The notes: a model not told the origin generated them from the sequence alone. A stretch of DNA of 64,000 nt from Macrostomum hystrix (GCA_950097015.1 CATNEN010000024.1:558001-622000), one strand, 5' to 3'; positions 21,318-54,109 are shown, numbered from the stretch's first letter. A program made the numbers and translations.

Positions 21318-22853
21318 AACAACGTTTCTAGAGTCGCAACGGACTTTCTGGCAGATCCTATATACCATGTTGGTAGAGTTGGATCCTGGACAGATCTGTC
21401 CAAATTGGCCATGTTGTCTACACACCCGACAGGTTTCATTATTGCAGTTGTGGAAGCCAAAATCCCACTGGCGGTCGATGAAGAAACCCAGTTGGATGAG
21501 AGCGGAGTATTTGGCGTTCCGAATAGAGCGGACAGAATGACCTTGTTTCTTAAGGATGCCCATTAGGCTAGAGCTGGCTCGGTCAAAGTCTTGCTTGTGT
21601 GTACAGCGACGGGCATAGCGTAGAAATTGGGATTTTAAAGTACCTTTAAAGGTGTGCTTCGGGTGGAAGGAGTCAGGATTAAGCAAGTGGCGAGAATCAG
21701 TCGGCTTGAAATAGATGGAAGTCGTTAGAACCTTCATATTGCCCACTTCGGTGAGGGATACGCAACAGTCAAGGAAGTTGACACAGTCTTTACTGTACTG
21801 CATAGAGAGTCTGATGCTGGTGTCGAACTCGTTCAAATGTTGGTAGAGTTGCTTTAGTTGAGTTTCTGTGCCCACAAACACCATGAAAATGTCGTCGATA
21901 TAGCGTCTGTACAGACGTGGAGTGAATGGGGCATTTGCCAATGCCCTGGATTCCCAGTCGGACATGAAAATATTGGCATAGGAGGGAGCGAAGGTCTTCC
22001 CCATGCTGGTGCCCTTGATTTGCAAGAAGCGACAGTTATTAAAAACGAAATCATTCTGGTTAAGATTAATATCAAGGAGTCTGAGCAGTTGACGGTCCGG
22101 TCTGGATGGCGCAGGGAAATTGTTGAACGCCTCACTGACAACGGTTATCCCCTTGTCCGTTGGAATGTTGGTGTACAGGGATTCAACATCTAACGTGACC
22201 AGGAAGACGGACTCGTGAATGTTGAACGATAAGTCGTTGATAATAGCTTGGAAATGGTCAGTGTCACGGATATAGGAATCCTGCTCTCTCGCAATAGGTT
22301 GTAGAAAATAATCAATGAATTTCGCGCTCATGTAGCTCTCCGAACTGCACTCCGAGACAATGGGCCTGCCAGGCGGAATGCCGGGAACGGGCCAGGTAGC
22401 AGGGTCCTTGTGGACTTTAGGGAGCAGGTAGAAGATCCTGTCCCTTGGTTCCAAGGGAGGAATTAACTGATTAAACTGATGGTTGCTGATTATCTTATCC
22501 CTACAGAGTTCTTGAAAGATTTCCCTAATCACAGAACATGTTCTACTTCTTGAGGCAAAATCGACAGGACGGTAAAAGTCTGTGTTGGAGAGTTGCCTGT
22601 AAGCTTCAATGATGTAAGCATCCCTATCAAGAACAACCATGTTGCTGCCTTTGTCCGCTGGTTTGATGACAATGCTGCGGTTGTTTTGGAGATTCTGGAG
22701 CGCTTGTTTTTCGGCTGGTTGCATATTGGTTCTGTTGAAAGCAGTACTAGGAACAGGAATGTTATCGAGAGCTGCAAACAAAGTCTGGTGTGAATGCCAC
22801 TTTTCAAGGCCAATGTTCGGGATGTGAGTGCGGTTTGGAGTAAAAAAACGAGG

Positions 22854-22874
22854 TAGATAGATAGATAGATAGAT

Positions 22875-22905
<31 letters not shown>

Positions 22906-23007
22906 AAGATAGAGAGATAGAAAGATAGATAGATAGAAGGATAGATAGATATTATAGATAGAAAGATAGAGAGATAGAAAGATAGATAGATAGAAAGATG
23001 GATAAAT

Positions 23008-23066
<59 letters not shown>

Positions 23067-23131
23067 CAGATAGATAGAAAGATAGATAGATAAAAAGATA
23101 GAAAGAAAGAGAGATAGAAAGATAGATAGAT

Positions 23132-23174
<43 letters not shown>

Positions 23175-23220
23175 AAGATAGATAGATAAAAAGCTAGATA
23201 GATAGATAGATAAATAGATT
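22854..23220. repeat. (GATA)n microsatellite, right flank of the PLE
   Basis: Direct. Confidence 0.95.
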
Positions 23221-23249
23221 TCATTCCATTTTTTATATTTTAGAACATG

Positions 23250-23430
23250 CCAGTGTCAGGATGTCAGTATCATGATGTCAGTATCATGATGTAAGTATCA
23301 TGATGTCAGTATCATGATGTCAGTATCATGATGTCAGTATCATGATGTCAGTATCATGGTGTCAGTATCATGATGTTAGTATCATGATGTCAGTATCATG
23401 ATGTCAGTATCATGATGTCGTGATGTCAGT
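23250..23430. repeat. 14-bp minisatellite (TCATGATGTCAGTA)n
   Basis: Direct periodicity. Confidence 0.9.
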
Positions 23431-24034
23431 CTGATAATTCGTACCGACAACTCATGCACTTATGAAAAAGAAGTTCTTTTCTATGAACTCGTTAAGAAGT
23501 TTCAGTAGCGCGCATAAGTTTAATCTCTAGTTTAGTATTTAATTAATTTTCTTAGTCGCGTCTGTCTCATGTCCACAAATAACCACGCATTGTCTAATTC
23601 CATTTTTCGTTTCTAAAGAGAAGAATAAATAGAATAATATTGAAATGTATTGTGCATTGTAGCATTGTGCGAGTAAAAAGATATTAGTTGCCGATTCTCT
23701 AACCGTAACCTATGCATTAGGTTTAGCATTTTCTTTGAGTTGCAGCTTCATTGTGCATTTGGCAGTACTTTCGAAACAATAATATATATGATAATAATAA
23801 TAATAATAATAATAATAAGTAGAGTGAGGGAGAGACAGGAGAGGCTCGCCCAGACAATGGGCTTCTTTCTTTAGAGTTTCATTTAAATTAATTCATCTAT
23901 AAATCTACAGAACTGGTTAGCTTCAAATACTTGCAATACTGAGGCTTTCGGCCTGGACTGTACGCCTTTGTGTGTTGACGCAAATTTCTGATAAAATAAA
24001 TATAGAATACCTGATAGAAAAGGGGTATAGAGAG

Positions 24035-24870
24035 ATTAGATAGAATAGATGGAGATAGAATGGATGGAGATATAATAGATAGGAAATGGAATAGATGGAG
24101 ATAGAACAGATGGAGATAGAATGAATGGAGATAGAATAGATGGAGATAGAATGGATGGAGATATAATAGATGGAAATGGAATAGATGGAGATAGAACAGA
24201 TGGAGATAGAATGGATGGAGATAGAATAGATGGAGATAGAATAGATGGAGATAGAATAGATGGAAATGGAATAGATGGAGATAGAACAGATGGAGATAGA
24301 ACAGATGGAGATATAATGGATGGAGATAGAACAGATGGAGATAGAATAGATGGAAATGGAATAGATGGAGATAGAACAGATGGAGATAGAACAGATGGAG
24401 ATAGAACAGATGGAGAGAATAGATGGAGATAGAACAGATAGAGATAGAATAGATGGAGATAGAATAGATGGAGATAGAATAGATGGAGATAGAATAGATG
24501 GAGATATAGAACAGATGGAGATAGAACAGATGGAGAGAATAGATGGAGATAGAATAGATGGAGAGAATAGATGGAGATAGAACAGATGGAGATAGAACAG
24601 ATGGAGATAGAACAGATGGAGATAGAACAGATGGAGAGAATAGATGGAGATAGAATAGATGGAGAGAATAGATGGAGACAGAACAGATGGAGATAGAACA
24701 GATGGAGATAGAACAGATGGAGATAGAACAGATGGAGATAGAACAGATGGAGACAGAATAGATGGAGACAGAACAGATGGAGATAGAACAGATGGAGATA
24801 GAATGGATGGAGAGAATAGATGGAGATAGAACAGATGGAGACAGAATAGATGGAGATAGAACAGATGGAA
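24035..24870. repeat. 15-bp minisatellite (GATGGAGATAGAACA)n
   Basis: Direct periodicity. Confidence 0.95.
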
Positions 24871-26337
24871 TTTTCTCGAAGGTATTTTTCCCTATTATAC
24901 TTTCTAGACACAGACGATAGAGCGGTGTATTCTCATCTATTCAGTTGCAATAGTTTTAGTGTTCTCTGTTTTTTACAGAACTAAACTAATTACATTCTAG
25001 TTTGCAGATCATAGTCTAGCTATTCGGGCACAGAAGATGTCTATAGAGCGCATTTGGAACGAAATACTGGTAGATAGAAACCATGCTATTGTGTTAGGCA
25101 GATCTGTCTAAAGGCCCCACTTCAGATTTTCTGAGCTCAACTCGGAAACTCAGAGCAGAATAATAGGTGGGGGGAGGTTGCGGCATTGTCGGCCAAGCTC
25201 TGAAACTGTGGCTGCTCATTTAGTCTCAATAAAATAATTCGCATCTTATATTGAAGGCCAACCAATGTCTTTCGCGACCGCCCCCCCGGGGGGGTTGGTG
25301 GTGGTGGTGGGGTTAGCTGGGGTTCTCAGCCGTTGTCATAGGCTACCTTTGACATGCCTTTGATAGTTGTCAGTAATTTAGGGTAGCTGTTGCTGGCTAG
25401 GAGTGTGACGGGTCAACCGCACAGCCTCTTAAACTATAAATGCTTGAGCGCGCCTCGCTTCATCAGGTTATTGTGTGGCTCGTATACCTGCCGCTCTAGG
25501 ACTTTGAATTTGCCGCAGCAACGATGGCTGGTAAGATTGTAAAATTTGTCAATGCAATAATTGATTTATTATCGATAGATTCAACAACCGAATTGTATAA
25601 TTTTTAGATTGGCGGATTCCGGAGACATCGAGTGGAATCGGCTGATTGTGCTGGAAGCATTTGCTCTCGGCAAGATGATCTAACGGACTAAAATAATTGC
25701 CTAGTAGTGTTAGTTCTCTAGAATACAGAATCTGTAAAATAATTATGCTTCTACTCGTACTGTAGTTAACATATTATTATCTTCTATACCTGCAATCACA
25801 AGCCTATCAATAGAAACTTAGTCGCTATATATAGATTTTATTGTACTAGATGATGTTTTTCTCTAATCCCATCAAGCCATTATCATCAGACAGTCAATCC
25901 GACAAAGAGATAAGTGGAAATTTAGTGATAGCCTCTGCTAATTGAATATATATTTGCAAGTAGCATTGGCTATGCTGTCAAGCATTTCCATGTGTAATAC
26001 AATCTCTTGTGTCAGTTCATGCTCATTAATTGTATAATTAATTTGTTGCATTGTTTTAAGAGCCTGTCGTCATGTTAATCACTTTGATCTACAAATTCAA
26101 TTGTAGAAGCTCATATTATATTTTCAAGCCAGTCAAGAACATGATAACTGAATACAACTCGAATACAACTCGAATACACTGTGCTGTGCTGTGCGCTTCA
26201 AGTATTGTGCCTTCTCTGGACTCCATTTTAAATCTATTGAAAATGTGCGAGCAAAGGAACAACAGTGCGAATTCCCCCAGTTACAACTGTGGAGTTTGAT
26301 ATTGTAGCGAATTAATTTTGCCTCAAACTGCGCAATG

Positions 26338-45609
<19,272 letters not shown>

Positions 45610-46699
45610 GAGTAAGTGTGATCTAAGATATATAGATCTCAGTGAAGTTAGCGCGGGATTTCACTTTATATATATAATAAAATCTATAATGCCAGTCGCG
45701 AGAAAAACAGCTGCGGTTCGAGGTTGGCAGGGCTGGGGGCGGACAATATTCTCTGGTCCCTGAAGGCGTCGAGGCTGTCGCCCTATGGCCTGTTTTGATG
45801 ACTGCTGAATAGTCTAGGCTTGGGGTTGGATGAGTATACGAGTGCTCAGCAGCCTGAGCAGGCCAAGGCTAATTCCTAGGGGGTTGAGAGCCGTCTGATG
45901 GCGGCTCAGGTGCGGACTTTGGGCTTTTCGAGCCGGGCTGGGGGGGTTGGCTTTGGGATTCGGGGAATTCAAATGGAAAAAGACTGTATTGAAGGCCAGC
46001 GAGACACCACCGGTGGTTCCACGGCAGGACTCAGGAGGCGAGGAGCGAAAATAGCAGCCAGAAGTGGGATAGAGAGCAAAACAGTGAAAGTGGAGAGAGC
46101 AGAAGATGCGACAGTGTGTGGGATTTGATTGAATTTCTCGTGGGAGTCGTGGCCTTGTATAGGTGGCCGAGGGCAGCCGCCAGCTGGGGTAGGAGGGTCG
46201 GGGGCTCGAGCCTGATACGCGGGGACCCCCCAGAGAGCTGGTCGCCACTGCCCACCCACAACACACTCGTGAAATTTCCCTTTCTCTTTCTTCCCCATCC
46301 CTCTGGCGCACTCCTCCCCAGCGGCCGAAACCCCCAGAGTCATTTCCCAATGTCCATGACTGTTTCGCTTAATCCACCCCCTCTCCCGGAGACTGGGCGG
46401 CGGGCCCTATCGCTGGCCAGCCGGCAAGTTATCCTCCCCCATGGGCACTGGCCAATCCCAGACAGAGCTGTTAGTATCCATCTATCCCCAATACCTTGCA
46501 TGCCTTCCCTCAATCCCCAGATGACAAATGGCATGGCTCATACAGAAGGGATCAGGTTTTAAATGGGATCCCGATTATTGGAAATGCTTTCAAAGCCTTT
46601 TTTTCGAGTTAGTCAAGTAAAAAAAACAAATGGAAGCATGAACAGGCTGATGGAATTCGGAACTATATTGTTATTCTTTCTGTCTTCTATCTACTGCTT

Positions 46700-47645
46700 A
46701 GACATACACTCACACACTCACACACATTCAATATACTCACACACACATTCAATATACTCACACACACATTAAATATACTCACTCAAACATTCAATATACT
46801 CACACACACATTCATTATACTCACACACACATTCATTATACTCACACACATTCATTATACTCACACACGCATTCATTATACTCACACACACATTCATTAT
46901 ACTCACACACGCATTCATTATACTCTCACACACACATTCATTATACTCACACACACATTCATTATACTCACACACATTCATTATACTCACACACACATTC
47001 ATTATACTCACACACATTCATTATACTCACACACACATTCATTATACTCACACACACATTCATTATACTCACACACATTCATTATACTCACACACACATT
47101 CATTATACTCACACGCATTCATTATACTCACACACACATTCATTATACTCACACACACATTCATTATACTCACACACACATTCATTATACTCACACACAC
47201 ATTCATTATACTCACACACACATTCAATATACTCACACACACACATTCATTATACTCACACACGCATTCAATATACTCACACACACATTCATTATACTCA
47301 CACACGCATTCATTATACTCACACACGCATTCAATATACTCACACACACATTCATTATACTCACACACACATTCATTATACTCACACACGCATTCAATAT
47401 ACTCACACACACATTCATTATACTCACACACGCATTCAATATACTCACACACACACATTCATTATACTCACACACACATTCATTATACTCACACACACAT
47501 TCATTATACCCACACACACATTCAATATACTCACACACACACATTCATTATACTCACACACACATTCAATATACTCACATACACATTCATTATACTCACA
47601 CACACATTCAATATACTCACACACATTCGTTATACTCACACCAAT
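46700..47645. repeat. 21-23-bp minisatellite (CATTCATTATACTCACACACA)n
   Basis: Direct periodicity. Confidence 0.93.
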
Positions 47646-47689
47646 GAATACATTGCACACACTTTAATCAACCGGGCACTGAGATCACA

Positions 47690-48410
47690 TACAGACACTG
47701 ATATCACCCATACACACTGATATCACCCATACACACTGAAATCATCCGCAGACACTGATATCACCCATACACACTGATATCACCCATACACACTGAAATC
47801 ATCCGCAGACACTGATATCACCCATACACACTGATATCACCCATACACACTGAAATCATCCGCAGACACTGATATCACCCATACACACTGAAATCATTCG
47901 CAGACACTGATATCACCCATACACACTGAAATCATTCGCAGACACTGATATCACCCATACACACTGAAATCATTCGCAGACACTGAAATCACCCATACAC
48001 ACTGAAATCATTCGCAGACACTGATATCACCCATACACACTGAAATCATTCGCAGACACTGATATCACCCATACACACTGAAATCATCCGCAGACACTGA
48101 TATCACCCATACACACTGAAATCATCCGCAGACACTGATATCACCCATACACACTGAAATCATTCGCAGACACTGATATCACCCATACACACTGATATCA
48201 CCCATACACACTGAAATCATCCGCAGACACTGATATCACCCATACACACTGAAATCATTCGCAGACACTGATATCACCCATACACACTGAAATCATCCGC
48301 AGACACTGATATCACCCATACACACTGATATCACCCATACACACTGAAATCATCCGCAGACACTGATATCACCCATACACACTGAAATCATTCGCAGACA
48401 CTGATATCTC
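47690..48410. repeat. Two 19-bp subunits (CACTGATATCACCCATACA / CACTGAAATCATCCGCAGA) in a mixed higher-order array
   Basis: Direct periodicity. Confidence 0.93.
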
Positions 48411-49412
48411 AGAAGCATTATTGGATATCCACTTTTTACCTAGTTCTATGGCATCAGTATCGATTGTTCCCTTCACGTTCATGTGAAACCCAAGATATTT
48501 CCACTATATCACTGATAGACACTGAAATCATCCATACACACACTGAAATCATCCACAGATCAACAGACGCTCACACAGAGTAACGCACCCACAGACATAT
48601 TCTTACAAACACACACTCAAACTCACTCACTCAAGCAATCCTTAAATCCTAAATATGCACAATTGAAAGCTACGAATGCGCGATCCGAAAAAGTCAATGG
48701 TCGCAAACCCAGTATGACTACTGTCAGTAGGCTACCGTAGTTACGTGTGACAACATAACTATAAAAATAATACGAAGATAATATATTTAGCTTTACTTTC
48801 GGTTTGCTAGAATAAGACAAGCAAACGAGTATCGGTATTGCTTACCAAACTATCGTCAAATTAAGTTATCATTAACAAGTGTATTTATTTTATGTCTGAA
48901 GAAATTAATCAAAAGAAAAACAGGAAGAGAGAGAAAGAGAGAAAAACCAAAACAATGACCCCAAAAAACACAAACACACATACATAGAGGAGAAACAAAA
49001 AAGAAGCAAAACTACCGACGGCAGAAAAGCAAAGAAGAAAGGTTCGAGATACTTTAACATACGAAGAATGCTTTCAGGTTTCAAAACGGATTGGACTGGG
49101 TGAAAGGGTTGCGGGAGGCATGCAAACAAGCAGTCAGGAAACAGGTGGGCCAATTACATTACAGTTAGTACTGTTCCTTTTTTGGCACCTGCTTTACTTA
49201 AGATTAGATTCGATCGAAACTACTATGCATAGGTTTTGCTCTGAAACAAAGACTGCCCTAATCATTAGACACTTATAGGGAAGGAATACAGAACAATGTG
49301 GATGAGGACGCCAAAGGAAATCTCCATTCACAATAATTGATGCTTACAGCTTAACAGAAATATAAGAATGCAGTTACAACGCGTCAATACAGGGACTGGG
49401 ACAGATGGCGGG

Positions 49413-49475
49413 TTACAGCTCGGTTTTGCTCTCCATGCCCAGCTCGGACAGGTCGATCTCGTCGTCTTGGGTGAT
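49413..49475 (-). CDS. PDIA6: Alternative terminal exon of PDIA6 (ITQDDEIDLSELGMESKTEL*)
   Basis: Acceptor CCCCACCGCAG|ATC, phase 0 like the donor at 50486. 20 codons plus TAA; acidic DDEIDLS motif and C-terminal KTEL. Confidence 0.75.
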   Translation of the reverse strand: MTQDDEIDLSELGMESKTEL

Positions 49476-49722
49476 CTGCGGTGGGGATTGGCGAGGCTGG
49501 TTTTTTAACCATTCTTTTTAAAATAAAAAACCTATCGTAAATCACCAAAGTACATTTATGATTTAGTAAGACGTAACTTATATCAAAGCAGATAAATTCA
49601 CGGGGAATATTAAGTCAATTAATAAATGGATTAAGGAAGCCAAGACCGTAGAATATAGAGTAAAAATGAGTAATTAATTCACTCTTCTCTCTGCTCACAA
49701 ACACACAGGCGAGTCAAATAAC

Positions 49723-52700
49723 TCAGAGCTCCTGCTTCTTCTTGTCCTTGCCGATGGTGTCTAGCACAATGTCTGACACGTCGATACCGTCGTCTTCCAC
49801 ACTGGGAAGCTGTCACAGCGCAGAGACATTGAGTGTTAAATTAACTGAATTAGGCAAGGGATCTCGGAACCCGTAAGAATCAAGGAGTGAATCTCGGAAG
49901 TCTCTAAAAATCAAGGAGGAGATTTAGGACCCCTCTAACAATCGAGGAGGGGATTTAGGACCCCTCTAACAATCGAGGAGGGGATTTAGGACCCCTCTAA
50001 CAATCGAGGAGGGGATTTAGGACCCCTCTAACAATCGAGGAGGGGATTTAGGACCCCTCTAACAATCGAGGAGGGGATTTAGGACCCCTCTAAAAATCGA
50101 GGAGGATTTCTCAGAAGTCCCTAAGAATCAAGGAGAGGATCTCGGAAGTCCCTAAGAATCAAGGAGGGAATCTAGGACCCCCTAAGAATCGAGCAGGGGA
50201 TCTCGGAAGTCCCTAAGAATCAAGGAGTGGATCTCGGAAGTCCCTAAGAATCAAGGAGGGAATCTAGGACCCCCTAAGAATCGAGCAGGGGATCTCGGAA
50301 GTCCCTAAGAAGCAAGGAGGGGACCTCGGACCCCACTAAGTCGAGGAGGCGATCTCGGATCCCAAAAAGAATCGAGCAGGGGATCTCGGAGATCAAACAT
50401 TTATGCGCCACTAGGAATTGATGGAAAATATAGACATAAAATAGTTAAGCTTGTAGTTTAAAAAATTTTGTGACTCAGAGCTCACCTTAGCGTCCTTGCC
50501 GTCCCAAGCGGCCCGCTTCTTGGCCTCAGGAATGCTGGCTCCGCGCACCGGCTCGGTGGAGCCGCGGCCAAGCGACAGGCTGCGCACAAACTCGTTGATT
50601 CCGTCGAAAGTGAACGGCCCCTTCAGCAGGGAGAACTTCATCTTCTTGGCGTTCACCACGGCCATGGCTGGATAGCCGAAGCCGCCGATGCCAAAGGCCT
50701 CCTCAAGCTGGCAATGTGAGAAATTAGAATGCGAAAATCTTGTACAGGTCAGTAGGGCGGATTTGGATGTTGTACAATTGAGTTGGAAGGGAGCGGATGA
50801 TACATAGGTGAGTGGGAAGGGAGCGGATGATACATAGGTGAGTGGGAAGGGAGCGGATGATACATAGGTGAGTGGGAAGGGAGCGGATGATACATAGGTG
50901 AGTGGGAAGGGAGCGGATGATACATAGGTGAGTTGGAAGGGAGCGGATGATACATAGGTGAGTAGGGAGGAAGGGAATGATGTACAGATGAGTAGGGAGG
51001 AAGGGAATGATGTACAGGTGAGTAGGGAGGAAGGGAATGATGTACAGGTGAGTAGGGAGGAAGGGAATGATGTACAGGTGAGTAGGGAGGAAGGGAATGA
51101 TGTACAGTTGAGTAGGGAGGAAGGGAATGATGTACAGTTGAGTAGGGAGGAAGGGAATGATGTACAGTTGAGTAGGGAGGAAGGGAATGATGTACAGATG
51201 AGTAGGGAGGAAGGGAATGATGTACAGGTGAGTAGGGAGGAAGGGAATGATGTACAGGTGAGTAGGGAGGAAGGGAATGATGTACAGGTGAGTAGGGAGG
51301 AAGGGAATGATGTACAGGTGAGTAGGGAGGAAGGGAATGATGTACAGGTGAGTAGGGAGGAAGGGAATGATGTACAGGTGAGTTGGGAGGGAGCGGATTT
51401 TGTAGAGGTTAGTTAGATCTTTACCTGAGTCTGCATGTCGGCGCCCTGGAACCAGACCCAGCCCCACATAAGCTTCTTGTACTTCTCGCCCATTTCTTTG
51501 AGAATCTTCAGGTAGCCGTTGCGGCACTCGGACTGGCAGTCCAAAAGCTGGGGCATAACAGAGACAACACAGAGCTGCTTGTCCAGGCAGTGCTCCTGAA
51601 GAACGTTCTGGTCCGTGACTTCGACAATCTCAGGCGGCGCAATCGAGTCTGCAACATCCAAATGCCAATTGAAGAGAATTATACATTCATTAACAGTAAG
51701 AAAACTCCCTTACCGGCCAGCTTGTCCAGGGCCCATCGGACTATGTCATCCGCGCTTCGGCCGCCGTCGTATTCAATGGCTTCGCCGGTTTTGCGGCCAG
51801 CCGGGAACATCTTAATAGTCGGGTAGCCCTGGATGCCGTAGCGGGCTGCCATCGAGCTGTGCACGGTAGCGTCTAGGGCGCCGAGTTTCACCTGCGGAAC
51901 ACAATTGAAAAAAAAAGCACTTCTAAAACTTCGAAAGTTTCTTTCTAATCTATGGTCCGATTTTATAATAAAGAATTCGAACCTTTCCAGCCAACTCGCT
52001 GGCCGCCCGATCCCAGTGCGGCTTCAACTGCTTGCAATGGCCGCACCAGGGAGCAAAGAATTCCACTAGCCAGAGATCTTTGCTGCCCAAAACGGTGCTT
52101 TCGAAATTGGCATCGGTCAGTTCGACAACCTCGGAGGCGCCGCCTGAGCCGCCAGAGCCGCCGCTGCTACCGCCGCGGGAGGAGCCACCGCCTGTTTAAG
52201 AAATTTACAAATAAGGAGAATATCAAAGGATTCTGTTTTAAAAAATCAAAACTATAAACATTACCACTGACCACTTAGGCGCTGCCGAACCATTGCCTGG
52301 AGATGGCTTAGTGCTGTGTCCACTATGGAATCGGCCGACCTAGCTCCATTATAGTCGCTAGGCGACTGCTTATCGGCGCCAAACACCTTGATGGTGGGGA
52401 AGCCTCGAATTCCGTAGGGCTGACCGACGCCTTGATGCTCGTCCATGTTGACGGCGCCGACTTTGACAACACCTTTTAGGGCACGAGCCGCCTGCTTCCA
52501 GGCTGGGGCAAGGCTCTGGCAGTGGCCACACCAGGGTGCATAGAATTCAACTAGCCAAAGTTCTTCACTGTTCAGCACTTTAGAATTGAAGTTGGAGCTG
52601 GTTAGCTCGATTACATCATCAGATGAGTCATAGAGTGCCAGTGCTGTGCTGGCAAGTGCCAGGCCTAAATTGAAAAGTGAAAAAAGTAAAAGGTCAGTGA

Positions 52701-53643
52701 ATAATAAATAATGAAGCTTTGATAAGTCATAGTAAAACCTAAAACAGATCTGGTAATGTGCAGCTCGCCACTTAAATTAACCAGGTTATTGAGATATAGA
52801 TGCAACTTTTATCAGATTTGAGCCTTGCCATTATAGCTAAATATAGCTAGCGGACAATGTTACAGTTTGTTTCTGTCTAATATTTATTACTTAAAGTTTT
52901 TATTAACTTGATTTGGTATATTCTATTCAGTTAAGTGTTTTGTGCTATCCATGCTAAATTTGTCAATACTGTTTTTTAGTTCTTTTTATTAGGACATCAG
53001 TACATTATGATACAAAGGCACCTTCCAAATATACAAATTATTGGAAACATTTCAAATGCTAAAATATAATAAAATTACTATACTTTTTAAGTCTAGGAAT
53101 TTTTCTATGGGCAATATGAATAACCTATTGTGGTTTAAAAGGGTACCTAGCTATATTAGAAAAAAACCTTAAATTAATTTTATAGAAAAATTAGATAATT
53201 TTGGTAAATACAAATAATTAATAAAATGATCTCACCTAAGCTAAAAGTGTAGTTCAAAGCACTTTAAATTTGATTTAACCATGAATTTACAGTAGTTTAT
53301 ATTATAAATGAATAGCAAATAATATTTTAATTATAATGAAGCTTAAATAAAAGCTAAATAGTCAGTAAGCAATTAAAATATTTAACTCTTTGCTTTGAAC
53401 AACTTGAGGAAAGAGATATAGTGAGCAAGGGTAATCCCAAAATATATAGATCCCTTTCATAAAAAAATAAAATAGCCGTTCAGGTTCTAACATGATGTAA
53501 CGGCTATGTCTACGTAGCTTTAAATTTCGAAAGTTAGAATAGAACAGTATACTATGACTGAGAATAATAAATATTGTTTAATCCATGTAAAATAATGAAT
53601 GATCAACGAACTTACCACAGACAAGTGCATAAAAAGCCTTCAT
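49723..53643 (-). CDS. PDIA6: Protein disulfide isomerase A6 (P5); exons 53643-53616, 52664-52272, 52191-51983, 51891-51714, 51648-51425, 50707-50486, 49809-49723
   Basis: Signal peptide [19 protein letters not shown]; two WCGHC thioredoxin domains joined by a Gly/Ser linker; b-type domain (GFGYPAM...KGPF); acidic tail ending KQEL-stop. All junction phases agree. Confidence 0.96.
49850..50395. repeat. ~30-bp minisatellite related to 43205-43725
   Basis: CTAAGAATCGAG.AGGGGATCT.GGACCCC units. Confidence 0.9.
50765..51405. repeat. 30-bp minisatellite (GTGAGTAGGGAGGAAGGGAATGATGTACAG)n
   Basis: Fills almost the whole PDIA6 intron 5. Confidence 0.95.
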
Positions 53644-53767
53644 TTCACCGCGATATATGAAATGCAAGTGTAGACCAATACAGAATAGAAAGTTATAAGA
53701 AAAACTTTATGTCTATGATTTTTCTTTGCTTTGAAAAGCGACTTGGTTTTAAAATTTATTTCGATGC

Positions 53768-53811
53768 TTACGTGACGCTGACGATAATTACACATGGTCG
53801 ATTTCTATTGG
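53768..53811 (-). promoter_or_regulatory. ER-stress element (ERSE-like) plus ACGT box upstream of PDIA6
   Basis: Minus strand CCAAT-AGAAATCGA-CCATG (53811-53793; CCAAT-N9-CCACG with one mismatch) and GCGTCACGTAA (53777-53768), 125-170 nt upstream of the ATG. Confidence 0.55.
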
Positions 53812-54109
53812 TTGGTTCATAATAATGCGCTTTTGCGTTGTCAAGTACAACAAAATTAAATATTGCATACAGCAAAAATTACAAAATAATTAAAAGTTTT
53901 TTGCTTTACAATTTAAACATTTTCAAAGCCCTATCAGCAATTTCAGTTGTGCTTGTATAATAACGAAGCATATATTCGTTAGATATATTCATTAGAATGC
54001 ATATATTCGCAAGTTAACTAATAATGTTAACTAATTTTAACTAATTTAGTGTTATCTAATAATGTTAATAATGCTAATAATGTTAAAGTATAAATAATAA
54101 TGATAATAA

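Larger units (their letters stand above)
20256..22853 (-). mobile_element. Penelope-like retroelement (Neptune-type), 5'-truncated: RT + Cys finger + GIY-YIG endonuclease, interrupted by a nested insertion
   Basis: RT motifs IKPADKG, LDVESLYTNIP, QIKGTSMG, RYIDDIF; linker CNNETCRVC; GIY-YIG CVYIGETG...RLQAH. The frame is open up to the upstream (GATA)n junction. Removing 21049-21317 fuses the two ORFs in frame. Confidence 0.93.

Noticed and set aside
45814-46562. Coding exons upstream of COE
   Set aside because: Multiple overlapping low-information ORFs in a GC-rich stretch; more likely COE promoter or 5' UTR.
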